DNA of 64,000 nt from an uncultured virus (IMG/VR IMGVR_UViG_3300020349_000009) (lineage: Duplodnaviria > Heunggongvirae > Uroviricota > Caudoviricetes): IMG/VR virus record IMGVR_UViG_3300020349_000009; one strand, 5' to 3'. The notes under the pieces were generated by a model. That model ran no database searches and was not told the DNA's origin. It was given only the letters and a program-made list of their open reading frames with translations. A program made the translations under genes and the position numbers. Below are positions 20,789 to 30,441 of the stretch, in pieces; the stretch's first letter is position 1, and each line of letters opens with the position of its first letter.

Positions 20789-21338
20789 ACTTTGTTCCGT
20801 CCATTAAGTTTAAGGCTTCTAGCGGTGGAGTGTTCCAAATGTTTACTTGAAACCCATATCTTTTTCCGTTGTGTATTGGCATTACTCTATGCCATCTTGA
20901 TGGGTCAAACACAACAAGTCTATTATACACTGGTTCTATTCTTTCTGTAATTAAATTATCCTGTTTTCCTTGTTGATTTATTTCAAGATAGCCGCCAGTA
21001 AGTTTATGCGGGTAGCCATAGAACACAGTGCTTGTGTTTGCACACACAGTTTTTCCTGTTGAAACAAACTCTAATTCATTTTTATCTTGATGCCAGTTAA
21101 GTGTCTCAACAGGGCTTAATATATTTCCCCAATACTCAAAGCAACCGTAACTTTCAGGATCTAAATGCCCCCAGATATTGTGGATAAGTCTTTTCCAAAT
21201 ATTGTCAAGCTCGCCTGTGCCATCCCACCATTCTGAGAGATAAGTTTTTTCTTCATCTAAATCTAACCAAAGCTCTTTATGCCTCAAGTCTTTTAAAAGT
21301 TGAGAGTCTTTGTCTAAAAAATTATCTTTAAGATACAT
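20781..21338 (-). CDS. 2OG-Fe(II) oxygenase superfamily protein
   Basis: WHQD...GGYL...NRLVVF...WHRV...R facial-triad pattern. Confidence 0.75.
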   Translation of the reverse strand: MYLKDNFLDKDSQLLKDLRHKELWLDLDEEKTYLSEWWDGTGELDNIWKRLIHNIWGHLDPESYGCFEYWGNILSPVETLNWHQDKNELEFVSTGKTVCANTSTVFYGYPHKLTGGYLEINQQGKQDNLITERIEPVYNRLVVFDPSRWHRVMPIHNGKRYGFQVNIWNTPPLEALNLMDGTKYA

Positions 21339-21763
21339 TACTTTAACTCCTTTAAGTATTTAATAGCTCGCCAAAGAGTTTGTGTCGCATCATCAAAGCC
21401 GCCTAATGCTCTGTTGCATTTATGACATAGCCACCCTCTAAACTTTCCTGTCTCATGGCAATGATCAAGTACCCATGATCCGTTCCTTGTATTGCCTGTA
21501 CCCTTAACTTCTTCTGCGTTCTTGTTACAAATGGGACAGTGATAGCCTTCGGGTGGCATACCATGTTCTTCTCGTAAAGCTTTACGCACCTTCTGCATTT
21601 CGTTATTGCAACTACGGCATTCAGCTCTAAGATAATTACCACCAGACGCAAAATTAAAAGCGTCAAGCGGTAAAAACTTTTTACATTTACTGCAAGTCTT
21701 TCCGTCCTCGCAACCGAGATCGGAGTGTTCGTGTAACATCATATCTAATGCTTGTTGTTTCAT
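21338..21763 (-). CDS. Endonuclease VII-like HNH nuclease with N-terminal Cys motifs
   Basis: CSKC/CRSC, CPIC, LDHCHETGKFRGWLCHKCNRALG. Confidence 0.85.
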   Translation of the reverse strand: MKQQALDMMLHEHSDLGCEDGKTCSKCKKFLPLDAFNFASGGNYLRAECRSCNNEMQKVRKALREEHGMPPEGYHCPICNKNAEEVKGTGNTRNGSWVLDHCHETGKFRGWLCHKCNRALGGFDDATQTLWRAIKYLKELK

Positions 21764-23526
21764 TAGTGTGTCTCCGACCAGTTAGCTCCTACCTGATACT
21801 CGCCATCAAGAGGACATTTTAATGCTAAGGATTCTCCAGCTTCCATGATTGCTCTGACACCTGCTTTACCTACAGCATCGGCATCATCCTGATGGCATTC
21901 AATCTGCCACTCATCATGTACGTTGGCTACAAACTTAGCTCGTAGTTTATTTCTTTTAAGATCATCTGCAAGAAACACTAACGCTTGCTTCATTACTATA
22001 GCACCAGCACCCTGCAATAATGTATTCAATGCGGCATGTTCTGATCTTACAGTTAGCTTACGTCCGTCAAGCCCTTTGACATATCCTCCTTTTGCTTGGC
22101 GTTGTACTCGTGACGTAAGAGACTTAAATGATGGTAGATTATCAAAGAATGATTTTCTAAGTCCTTTGCCATGCTCTCTACCTCTGCCAACCACCTGTCC
22201 AAGCTTTGCATCTCCAGCTCCGTATAGGAGGGCATAGATGAAAGTCTTTGCCTGATTTCTTGATTCAAGCCCACCAAGTTTTTGATTAAAGGTGTGTATG
22301 TCTCCGTTAAGGATTTCATTTGTATACTCCTCATCGTTCATGTAATGTGCAAGCATCCGTAATTCTAAACCGCTTGCATCTATACCTACTAATTTATGTT
22401 TGTCTGGAACAGTCCAACAACTACGACACTCCTTGCCATAAGGCGAGTGAGAGCTAGGTATCTGTGCCATGTTGGGATGAGAGTGAGTCATGCGGCCTGT
22501 TACAGCACCGTTAGGATTAACGTACCCATGAACTCTACCCTCATCTGTCATCTCTTTCATCCAGCTATTGACTTGAGCCAAGCGTTTCTGTACCATTAGA
22601 TACTCAGCGATAAGCTGAGCTTCTGGTATATCTTTGATCTTGCTTAGTGTACCCTCATCAACTATCGGCTGACCAGTAGCAGTATGCTTCTTAGGCTTCC
22701 AACCAAACTCAATCAGGTACTCGCCTATTTGTTTACGAGATCCAAGATTAAACTCCACTACAGTCTCACGTTCGATAGGCTTTGATGGCGCTAACGACAA
22801 TTGAAACCACTCAGCGTCAGTAAGTCTCACTCCTTTACCGTCCTGATCTTTTGCCAGTTTTGACAGCATGTTAGACTTAGTGCGCTGAGCAGATAATAAT
22901 TGAACTGTTACTTTAGGTTTAAACACTTGTTGTACTTCCGCTACAATCTCCGCAAGCTTCTCCTCGAACTGTGCGATAAGAGTCATAGCTAACTGCTGGT
23001 CAACAACAAAACCATTCTCTCGTTGATCATTTACAATCTTAGCAACGTCATGCTCTAGCCGAACTGACTGAGCAGTAAAGCCTTTAGATTCAAACTTGAG
23101 AGCATTGTAAACTTTAAGATTAAGGAGTACATCATTACGGCAGTACTCTAGCATCTCAGGATTGTAAGCATCCCAAGCACCTTCGCTTTGACCGTAGTCT
23201 CCTTTCTTGAAGCCAAGTCGATAGCCCCAAGACTCAAGGCCATGACCACCCTCACGAGTAGGCTTGAACAAGCGTGATAGTACTAACGTATCTACAATCT
23301 TTTTATCTGACAAGTCAATGCCAGCTACTTTCTTTACAGCAGGAATGTCATAGCCAATAATATTGTGGCCTATAAGTTTGTCTGCTGATTGGAGAAGCTT
23401 ATAGCCTTCCTCAACTTCAGGACAGCCAAAGCTATAAACATCTTTAGTATCTACATCTATTGCTACAATGCAGAATATTTGTGTCGGGTCAAGGCCATTA
23501 GCCTCTATGTCGAATAGTAAATTCAT
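21763..23526 (-). CDS. DNA polymerase family A with 3'-5' exonuclease (T7 gp5-like)
   Basis: FDIEANGL, GHNIIGYD, motif A DASGLELR, motif B AKTFIYALLYG, motif C NVHDE. Confidence 0.95.
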   Translation of the reverse strand: MNLLFDIEANGLDPTQIFCIVAIDVDTKDVYSFGCPEVEEGYKLLQSADKLIGHNIIGYDIPAVKKVAGIDLSDKKIVDTLVLSRLFKPTREGGHGLESWGYRLGFKKGDYGQSEGAWDAYNPEMLEYCRNDVLLNLKVYNALKFESKGFTAQSVRLEHDVAKIVNDQRENGFVVDQQLAMTLIAQFEEKLAEIVAEVQQVFKPKVTVQLLSAQRTKSNMLSKLAKDQDGKGVRLTDAEWFQLSLAPSKPIERETVVEFNLGSRKQIGEYLIEFGWKPKKHTATGQPIVDEGTLSKIKDIPEAQLIAEYLMVQKRLAQVNSWMKEMTDEGRVHGYVNPNGAVTGRMTHSHPNMAQIPSSHSPYGKECRSCWTVPDKHKLVGIDASGLELRMLAHYMNDEEYTNEILNGDIHTFNQKLGGLESRNQAKTFIYALLYGAGDAKLGQVVGRGREHGKGLRKSFFDNLPSFKSLTSRVQRQAKGGYVKGLDGRKLTVRSEHAALNTLLQGAGAIVMKQALVFLADDLKRNKLRAKFVANVHDEWQIECHQDDADAVGKAGVRAIMEAGESLALKCPLDGEYQVGANWSETH

Positions 23527-25190
23527 AGCTCTTCCTCGGCATTGAATTGGTTAGGGTCGTAGTCGTCTACTTCTCTAAGTCTACCAGACTCGTTGTCGAA
23601 TAGCAAGTGTGTAGCTACTCCAACGTCTCCAGTGTACCTAGACTTTAAGACTCTTACTCGTGTGGTAGATGCTTCGATCTCATCGTCAGCTTGCTGGTTG
23701 CGCTCTAAAGATATAACGCAATCAGACAACTGTGCGATACTTTGTGATCCACGTAGATGTGATAAACCTGTCTCGATACCATTCTCGTGACCACGATTAC
23801 CGTCAATGCGTCTAAGATGGGAGACAAGAATCATGCCTGCACCTGTCTCTTCTACAAGGGATCGTAGTCTTGTCATGATAGAGTCAATGTTCCTACGCTC
23901 ATCGCCTTCTGTGTTTGCTGATACAAGCATATGCAAATGATCTACTACAATCCATTTACAGCCGCAACCAACAATCATAAAGCGCAACTTGCTGAAGATA
24001 CTGTCGATGTCGTTGACACCGAAGTGCGAATGAATCCAAACTCTGTCAGCATTGCTGTTGGCAAATACATTGTTGAACATAGTATCTAGCTCTTCTGCGC
24101 TGTACTTGTCACGAACACTGTCGATGTGTAGCTTTGCGCTGGCTTCGATAGACAGTATACCATCTACTGTCCTACGCCAATCTTCTTCCAAAGCTACAAT
24201 ACCTACGTTATCTTCTGTGTTTTGTATCAACCAATGCTCTAGCTCACGAGTAACACTTGACTTACCTAAACCAGTTCCGCCACACAGCGTAACCAATTCG
24301 CCTGCCCTTAGCCCTTCAAGCTTACTGTTTAAGCCGTGCCACGGAAATGGAATAGATGTTTTGCGTTCTCGATTGTTGAACTTTTCTTTCTGCTCAGTGA
24401 TGTTCATGACACCTGATGGCGTATACATCTTAGCAGACCACCAGAGTTGAACAAACTCTTGCCTACGATTCTGCCGTAGCATATCGTTAGAGTCTTTTAT
24501 CTCAGCAGGTAAAGAAAAGATCCTAGCCTTTGCAGGACTAAGGACTCGTGCTACTTTCTTTGCAGCTTCACGACCGTGCTTGTCATTGTCAAAAGCTATG
24601 ATAACATTCTCGAATGATTCAAGAAATTCTAAGCTATCCTTAACATCTCGTACAGCACCTGCCGCACCTGATCTTATAGATACGACAGGCCATTTGCTAC
24701 CTAGTAATTCATAGGCGGCCATTGCATCGCACTCACCCTCCACAAGTGTAATGTATTTACCGCCAGCCTTGAACAGTTGCTCTCCGAAAAGACCAACACC
24801 TTTGGGCGAAGAAGTCCATGCAAAAGATTTGTCTTGCTTTCTAATCTTACAAGCAACTTCTTCGTTGTTGATGAAGTAAGGATAAGAGTGGTCAATGATC
24901 TTACCAAAACTTTCCTTACTGGTTACGCCATACTTCTTGGCAGTTGCTAAACTAATACCTCTGTCTGTAAGCTCGTTGAAGTTTCTATGTACGAAGCCCT
25001 CTTTGCTTGCACCTTGATGAACTGTAAAGTCGATGGTATTATCCTCTTGAGTTTGTTGTACGTCCGATGTACTGTAGTCTTTAAAAAATGTGTTGCAACT
25101 AAAGCAGTATGCAGACCCATCATCGTTTATAGATACTGGATCGCTCCCGCCACATGAGTGGCAGGGTTGATTATGTTTAACAAAGGCCAT
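23523..25190 (-). CDS. Primase-helicase (T7 gp4-like)
   Basis: CHSC/CFSC zinc finger, EGECD and FDND Toprim, GGTGLGKS Walker A, VVDHL, LRGS; start at ATG 25190. Confidence 0.95.
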   Translation of the reverse strand: MAFVKHNQPCHSCGGSDPVSINDDGSAYCFSCNTFFKDYSTSDVQQTQEDNTIDFTVHQGASKEGFVHRNFNELTDRGISLATAKKYGVTSKESFGKIIDHSYPYFINNEEVACKIRKQDKSFAWTSSPKGVGLFGEQLFKAGGKYITLVEGECDAMAAYELLGSKWPVVSIRSGAAGAVRDVKDSLEFLESFENVIIAFDNDKHGREAAKKVARVLSPAKARIFSLPAEIKDSNDMLRQNRRQEFVQLWWSAKMYTPSGVMNITEQKEKFNNRERKTSIPFPWHGLNSKLEGLRAGELVTLCGGTGLGKSSVTRELEHWLIQNTEDNVGIVALEEDWRRTVDGILSIEASAKLHIDSVRDKYSAEELDTMFNNVFANSNADRVWIHSHFGVNDIDSIFSKLRFMIVGCGCKWIVVDHLHMLVSANTEGDERRNIDSIMTRLRSLVEETGAGMILVSHLRRIDGNRGHENGIETGLSHLRGSQSIAQLSDCVISLERNQQADDEIEASTTRVRVLKSRYTGDVGVATHLLFDNESGRLREVDDYDPNQFNAEEEL

Positions 25191-25206
25191 AGGGATTTTC
25201 CTTGCA

Positions 25207-25434
25207 TTAAGTTTCTGTTTCCTCTTCTGTTTCCACAAGAGCTTCTTCGGACACTAACTCTTTTACTTTATTTGTAAGAGCTATCGAGCTTGCTCGTAAG
25301 ATGTCTAGTTTCCTAGACACCTGTACGATTTCTCCTTGTACTTCTTGGAGCAAGGAACAAGCCAGTGTTGCTTCGTCAGAAAGCTTATCAAGATCATAAA
25401 CTTTACTGTCGATTGTTACTGTGTTGTCTACCAT
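25207..25434 (-). CDS. Hypothetical coiled-coil protein
   Basis: ORF with GGAG RBS, coupled to the SSB gene. Confidence 0.6.
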   Translation of the reverse strand: MVDNTVTIDSKVYDLDKLSDEATLACSLLQEVQGEIVQVSRKLDILRASSIALTNKVKELVSEEALVETEEETET

Positions 25435-25865
25435 TAAAATTCTCCTTCCATATCATCGTCATCAAATGAATCAAATTCAGCACCGTCTGGGCTACCGATC
25501 TCAACTAAACTAATTACCTGCATAGCTTGCAGGTCTAAGCCTTTAAAAGTTTTGCCTTTCCAGTTAGACTCCCACTCTTTGTACTGAACTTTAACCTCAG
25601 AGCCGTTACCTACCTTGCAGTCTATCGGTTGCTTAAACTTATCAACAAGCTTTGGAGCAGGGCGAATCATGCCATTTGGCCCATTGACTTTACGTTTAAT
25701 TACAATAGCTTTACCCTCATCCATCTCCTTGATGGTGAAGCCACGCTCTCTAAAGTCTTCTGCTGTTTCGTCAGAGACTACTAGATTAACTGTATACACA
25801 GGCTCGAACGTGGTGTTCGGGTTAGTGATGCTTGCCCAATATGCAGTACCTTCTAAAATTGCCAT
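25434..25865 (-). CDS. Single-stranded DNA-binding protein (T7 gp2.5-like)
   Basis: YWA, VGNGS.V.V, LQAMQV and an acidic tail ending in Phe; upstream of primase. Confidence 0.75.
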   Translation of the reverse strand: MAILEGTAYWASITNPNTTFEPVYTVNLVVSDETAEDFRERGFTIKEMDEGKAIVIKRKVNGPNGMIRPAPKLVDKFKQPIDCKVGNGSEVKVQYKEWESNWKGKTFKGLDLQAMQVISLVEIGSPDGAEFDSFDDDDMEGEF

Positions 25866-25903
25866 ACTATTTTCCTCGTTAGTTTATGTTTAATGAAGCG
25901 GCT

Positions 25904-25933
25904 ATTATAACACAGCCAGAAATAAAGTGTCAA
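25904..25933 (-). promoter_or_regulatory. sigma70-type promoter for the replication operon
   Basis: TTGACA (25933-25928), 18 nt, TATAAT (25909-25904). Confidence 0.75.
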
Positions 25934-25941
25934 CTATTTTT

Positions 25942-26301
25942 TTACCTGTTCCCGATTGAATCATGGTCGTAATCATCTTCAGACTTTATAAAGATTCCGT
26001 CAACCATTGTACCTTTGCGGTGCTTAATATCATTGTAAGCGTGATCAACGCAGTCTTTAATAGAAATATTATTGCGCTCTGCTATGTTGACTAACACTAC
26101 AATGATGTCGCCTATATCATCTATAGGTGTCCTGCCTTTACAAATACTATCTGATAGTTCGCCTACCTCCTGTATTAATTTTAATACTTGTTGTTTATCG
26201 TCTGAGCCTGTGATTAAATTGCGAGCGTAGTGCCACTCGACAATGTTACCTATTGAATGTTCCAATCCTGTCTCTATCATTGTACCTCCTAACCTATCCA
26301 A
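25942..26301 (-). CDS. MazG-like nucleotide pyrophosphohydrolase
   Basis: KLIQEVGEL, DDIGD..VVL, AYNDIK.RKG.MVDG.F.K; true start may be ATG 26280. Confidence 0.8.
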   Translation of the reverse strand: MDRLGGTMIETGLEHSIGNIVEWHYARNLITGSDDKQQVLKLIQEVGELSDSICKGRTPIDDIGDIIVVLVNIAERNNISIKDCVDHAYNDIKHRKGTMVDGIFIKSEDDYDHDSIGNR

Positions 26302-26465
26302 CCTAAGTTTACCATACCTGATGCCATAATAAAACAGCAGGTGATTAAATTAAAAAGAACCCACACTGTCCTGATGCCAGCAACTATGTCGGCTTCTTTA
26401 TTATCCTTGCCAGACTTCTGCCCAAGGCTCAAAGCCCATAGTCGCCAAGCTCTTTTAATCATCAT
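26289..26465 (-). CDS. Small membrane protein (MMIKRAWRLWALSLGQKSG...)
   Basis: C-terminal hydrophobic helix; start taken at the internal Met. Confidence 0.5.
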   Translation of the reverse strand: MMIKRAWRLWALSLGQKSGKDNKEADIVAGIRTVWVLFNLITCCFIMASGMVNLGWIG

Positions 26466-26613
26466 AGCCTCGCTTCTTCTGCTCTTTCTTTTTATCCACA
26501 TGGACTGAAGTCTTTGCATGGTCTGGCGTTTTCTTTCTTACGCTAAAGATTCTATCATAGTTAGAATCAAACGTCAACTTATTTGTTGGCCGTTGTCGGC
26601 TACCTTTACTCAT
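26455..26613 (-). CDS. 52-aa basic peptide (MSKGSRQR...FDSNYDRIF...)
   Basis: Hand translation; GGAG upstream; shares a motif with 41232..41390. Confidence 0.55.
   Translation of the reverse strand: MSKGSRQRPTNKLTFDSNYDRIFSVRKKTPDHAKTSVHVDKKKEQKKRGYDD
26549..26577 (-). promoter_or_regulatory. Possible sigma70 promoter inside a small ORF
   Basis: TTGACG-17 nt-TAGAAT. Confidence 0.35.
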
Positions 26614-26750
26614 CTTCTACTTTCTCCAAGCTAATATAAATTGTATTTTCTCTATCAAGTAAGTCGCCATGAAAGAGACGAGCGTGTTCAGCATTACCAA
26701 ACAACATCTCCCAATCTTTTTCAGTCCCATCACTTTGGGATGTACCCCAT

Positions 26751-26900
26751 TTAATTAAGATCATCTTCATCTTCCTCGTCAACCATTAAGATTATTTCAA
26801 AGCCACCGTCAAGCTTTTCAAACTTCCACTGCCAGTTCTCGCCATGATATTTGCTCAGCAAACTATCTAGTTCATCTAAAAAAGTTAAGTCACCTTTCAT
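26751..26900 (-). CDS. 49-aa acidic hypothetical protein
   Basis: Hand translation; AGGAGATAGATATG start context. Confidence 0.55.
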   Translation of the reverse strand: MKGDLTFLDELDSLLSKYHGENWQWKFEKLDGGFEIILMVDEEDEDDLN

Positions 26901-27194
26901 ATCTATCTCCTAATTAAAGTGGATGGAGATGCTGGCGTAGCTTCTATAAATTTCCTCACCCGTCACAGCTCACGCAGTCTCCACTACGGATTTAAAGTTT
27001 ACTCTTGGTCGTTTGCTTGTGGTAGTAAACCACCTCCTCATCGAGTGACCAAGCCCCGACTAGCCAGTTACTAGCTGGCGTGTTCGTTTACTCATCGTCA
27101 TCTATATCATCTAATAAGTTACTTAATAATATTAAAGCACAGCTAAGTCCATATAGAAGAACCATTAAAAATCCTAAGCCCAATAGTTCAGCCA

Positions 27195-27776
27195 CTATCT
27201 TTTCCTCCTGTCGCCCAGTTTAATTGGAGACTTATCTATCGTTGGATAGTCAGTCCATATAGTTATAGAATATTTCTCACCGCTTGTAAGCTTATTGCAA
27301 AAGTGCGGATGAGTTATACTGGCTGGCCACATAACAAGCTCGCCTACACCCATGTCTTTATTTGAAAAGACTTCTTCGGGAAACATCAACTCTCCTCCCT
27401 CGTAGTCGTTGTTTAGTTTTATACTACCACTTACATAACTTTCATCCCGATGAAGCGGCAAGAATGTTTGAAGCCCTGCCGCATACTTTATAGCAAAGAT
27501 CTGATGTGGGTCAGGTATATCTGTATACATTAGTTCTTGCAGTTGCGGAAACACTAAAGCTTTTAAGCCCATCTGAATGGTGTCAAAAAAATCTGGTAGC
27601 TCTTCTTTAAAGTATATGTCTTGGGTAAAGTAATCCTCATCGTCTGCTTCAGATCCCCAAGTATTTAACTCATTGCATTTGTTTAAAATGAATTCGCTAA
27701 ACTCTTTAGTTAAAAAGGGCGTAGTGAATATATAAGGTGCTTTCTGTTCTATCTTAGGGTCTTCAAAAAAATTCAT
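27195..27776 (-). CDS. 2OG-Fe(II) oxygenase (prolyl/lysyl hydroxylase-like)
   Basis: LHRD, LNNDYEGGEL.F, THPH, G.KYS. Confidence 0.8.
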   Translation of the reverse strand: MNFFEDPKIEQKAPYIFTTPFLTKEFSEFILNKCNELNTWGSEADDEDYFTQDIYFKEELPDFFDTIQMGLKALVFPQLQELMYTDIPDPHQIFAIKYAAGLQTFLPLHRDESYVSGSIKLNNDYEGGELMFPEEVFSNKDMGVGELVMWPASITHPHFCNKLTSGEKYSITIWTDYPTIDKSPIKLGDRRKR

Positions 27777-27968
27777 CTATTTCCTCCACCCGACTGTCTT
27801 GCCCTCGCACTGAGCGAACCAAAAGTTTATGTCGTCTGCTATCTGCTGTGCTGTAGCGTCACCGTCTATAATCTTGATGTCCTCAGGCTTAACCTTTACA
27901 GACCAGTACTTTTCTTTTACATCTTCGTAAGTAGTGATGTCACTGCCATCCATATAATACTGTAACAT
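27777..27968 (-). CDS. Hypothetical early protein
   Basis: ORF with GGAG RBS in a tightly packed array. Confidence 0.55.
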   Translation of the reverse strand: MLQYYMDGSDITTYEDVKEKYWSVKVKPEDIKIIDGDATAQQIADDINFWFAQCEGKTVGWRK

Positions 27969-27970
27969 TA

Positions 27971-28150
27971 TTAAAGCTCCACTAAATCATCAGGGTCTAA
28001 CCAAGCTGTAACGTGTGAACAATCCTCATCTGGCATGATGAACTCAATGACATCACCTTTCTCGTCACACAATTCATCACCAGTTTCAGGGTCTATTTTA
28101 TAATATGTTAGTCGCCAAACACCTACGCCATATACTTTTTCGTTACTCAT
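27971..28150 (-). CDS. 59-aa acidic hypothetical protein (MSNEKVYGVGVWRL...)
   Basis: Hand translation; GGGAGATAGATTATG start context. Confidence 0.55.
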   Translation of the reverse strand: MSNEKVYGVGVWRLTYYKIDPETGDELCDEKGDVIEFIMPDEDCSHVTAWLDPDDLVEL

Positions 28151-28153
28151 AAT

Positions 28154-28396
28154 CTATCTCCCGTCTACTCTTATAGATATAAACTCTGGATCGTTCGGGT
28201 CTGTTATAGTTATAACATTACCATCGTCATCTGTTTTGGTGGCGTATATATCTAACCCAAGCTCTTCAGTGTGCTGGTTGTAGTATATGTTTACATCAAA
28301 CAGATCACCGCTCAGCTCGAATGTTTTCCATTCGTCTATGTCAGCTAACTGATCTTTGATAAAGTCCATTACTTCATTACGTGTCATTTGATTCAT
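28154..28396 (-). CDS. Hypothetical early protein
   Basis: ORF with AGGAG RBS. Confidence 0.6.
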   Translation of the reverse strand: MNQMTRNEVMDFIKDQLADIDEWKTFELSGDLFDVNIYYNQHTEELGLDIYATKTDDDGNVITITDPNDPEFISIRVDGR

Positions 28397-28698
28397 GCGT
28401 AACTATCTCCTATGTATTGATCATCCATCAACGGCACAACTTCAGTTGCGAACTTCTTAGTAAATACTATTTCAAGCTCCCAGATATTTGGGTTGGAATT
28501 AGACACAAACAAATTGTGCATAGACTTTACTTTGAAAGCATCGCTCAGTGTAAAGTCTTGAAAGAAATCACTGCGGTAAGTCTGTATCACAGCTTGAATA
28601 GTTGCTTTGGGGTAGTCCCAATCTGTTATCTTAACATCAGCAGACTCAAAGCCGTCAAAGAATTTCTCTGCGGCAGGTATAGATAAAGCACTTTCCAT
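28393..28698 (-). CDS. Hypothetical early protein
   Basis: ORF with GAGGAG RBS, coupled to neighbours. Confidence 0.6.
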   Translation of the reverse strand: MESALSIPAAEKFFDGFESADVKITDWDYPKATIQAVIQTYRSDFFQDFTLSDAFKVKSMHNLFVSNSNPNIWELEIVFTKKFATEVVPLMDDQYIGDSYA

Positions 28699-28923
28699 TT
28701 AAAACTCCTCGCCTTGTGTGTAGCATTTACCAAACGTGATTGAAAAGAAAGGGAGCAAGACTATTGCCCCCACGAATACACCAGCTTCGATGTCATCATC
28801 AAGCGATTGACTAATCCAAACAGCTTTACCTTCGTGGAATTCTAAATCAATTCCACAGCCGTTCCGAAAGTTAAACGCTAATGATCTATTGAATAATTTA
28901 AATGTCATGCGGCAATACTCCAA
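28699..28923 (-). CDS. Hypothetical protein
   Basis: ORF; probable start ATG 28908 overlapping the upstream stop. Confidence 0.5.
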   Translation of the reverse strand: MEYCRMTFKLFNRSLAFNFRNGCGIDLEFHEGKAVWISQSLDDDIEAGVFVGAIVLLPFFSITFGKCYTQGEEF

Positions 28924-29852
28924 GTATCTATAGCAGTTCTTACAGTCTCTCTGCGCTTATGCAATCGAGCCGCAAGATTAGCAGGGTTAGCATTCTTAGA
29001 TGATGGTGCATGACTAGACCAATCAGTAAGAGCATTGTAGACTGCCCATTGATTCGATCCGAAAGCAGGGACATAATGCTCTATAAATCTATCCCAGATG
29101 TAAGTAAGATTATTATTTGTTCTTGAATCAAGCATGATTGCAAATGGTGAGGCATATTTATACGCATCTTCTTTCATTTTATCTAAAGCAGATGTAGCAT
29201 TGACTGTTCTGGCAAAGAACTTAAACGCATCAGCCTCAGACATTTCTGTCTTCATCCAAGTACTCCACTGTTCTCTTTCGTTCTCGAAAGCATCAAGGCA
29301 TTTGACTATTACGTTCGAGCCATGCTCAATATCTAAACCTTTCATGTGCTTAGATTTATACACTGCAACAGTACCAGAAGTAAAGACTTGAGTATTCAAG
29401 CAAGCCGCTTGGTGCGCCCCAACACTAATCATGAACGGCCAAGTACTATCAAGTGACGTAGTAGCTAATAGCTCTAGCGTTGCTGTGTCACCGTCTGGAG
29501 TAGGGTAAGTATGATGCGGCATAGTATATCTTACATAAGTTCTACCGCCATTGTGAGACATCTGAATGTCTTCAGTGATGCCTTCAAGATTAAGATCAGA
29601 TCGCTCTATAATCTTACGGGCAGACTCGATCATATCTCTAGGAGCTACTGGCACATAGCGTTTGCCATGAACACCAAGCTCTGAACCATCGTCATCACGA
29701 TAAACAATACGCTTACTGCAAGTCTTTTCACCGTATGGAGTATCGTAAGTCAAAGCACCCTCGAAGATTCCAAAGCCTGCTTCGCCATAGCCATTAAGTC
29801 TTATGTTATCCATTGCTGATTTGTTGCGGTACATATTAAATACATTGTTCAT
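28905..29852 (-). CDS. DUF932-like protein
   Basis: LGVHGKRY, NGGR, S.D...P, CLN.Q, WAVYNALTDWSSH pattern. Confidence 0.65.
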   Translation of the reverse strand: MNNVFNMYRNKSAMDNIRLNGYGEAGFGIFEGALTYDTPYGEKTCSKRIVYRDDDGSELGVHGKRYVPVAPRDMIESARKIIERSDLNLEGITEDIQMSHNGGRTYVRYTMPHHTYPTPDGDTATLELLATTSLDSTWPFMISVGAHQAACLNTQVFTSGTVAVYKSKHMKGLDIEHGSNVIVKCLDAFENEREQWSTWMKTEMSEADAFKFFARTVNATSALDKMKEDAYKYASPFAIMLDSRTNNNLTYIWDRFIEHYVPAFGSNQWAVYNALTDWSSHAPSSKNANPANLAARLHKRRETVRTAIDTWSIAA

Positions 29853-30013
29853 AGTTTTATTCCTATTTGCTAAGGGTTAAATTAATGTCGGCAGTTTTTG
29901 GTTTAAAGAGTAAAAACTGCCATCGTGCCATATAGAGCGTAACTTGGGACACAAACCTCTAGCGGTCTATAAGACTATCAGAAAGCAACCGTTGACTCGC
30001 TGATAGAATACTA

Positions 30014-30286
30014 CTATAGAATTGTTTCTTTACCTTCGTGATCTTTGATGCCGTTAAAGTATACACCTCGACCTTGCTTATGCTCTAAGCTAAAAGCCCA
30101 CAAGCCACAGTGCATACTTCTAAAGCACTCGCCTTTTCGATATGATGGACTACGCTGTAAAGCTTTACGCTTTCTTAGAATATAAGAACGACCAAAGAAC
30201 TTACCACGCTTATTAACTTTACCAAAGACTAAGTATACTAAAGCTGATACAGTTACATTGAACACAGATAAGAATAAATTTTTCAT
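30014..30286 (-). CDS. Basic hypothetical early protein
   Basis: Start ATG 30286 with GGAG RBS, downstream of a promoter. Confidence 0.6.
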   Translation of the reverse strand: MKNLFLSVFNVTVSALVYLVFGKVNKRGKFFGRSYILRKRKALQRSPSYRKGECFRSMHCGLWAFSLEHKQGRGVYFNGIKDHEGKETIL

Positions 30287-30321
30287 AATATTTCTCCAAT
30301 AGTTTATAAGTGTGAAAGAGT

Positions 30322-30350
30322 ATTGTAAAGGATTCGGCAATCGTTGTCAA
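30322..30350 (-). promoter_or_regulatory. sigma70-type early promoter
   Basis: TTGACA-17 nt-TACAAT. Confidence 0.75.
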
Positions 30351-30370
30351 CCCCTCCAAGCTGACGTTTG

Positions 30371-30432
30371 TGACTTAATAAGCCCTTTTAAAACATTCAC
30401 AAGTGAATGTGTTTTAAAAGGCTTATAAGTCA
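30371..30432. repeat. 62-nt near-perfect inverted repeat
   Basis: TGACTTAATAAGCCCTTTTAAAACATTCAC-AA-GTGAATGTGTTTTAAAAGGCTTATAAGTCA. Confidence 0.85.
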
Positions 30433-30441
30433 TTTAGATAA

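Noticed and set aside
21763..23526. Assignment to HMO-2011-type phages
   Set aside because: Capsid B is reminiscent of that group, but the polymerase lacks the CxxCxGxG DnaJ-like insertion that characterises it; taxonomy left open
26920..26990. tRNA-like element (GGAGA...TCTCCA ends)
   Set aside because: No D-arm, anticodon arm or GTTC T-arm on either strand; kept only as an unassigned structure
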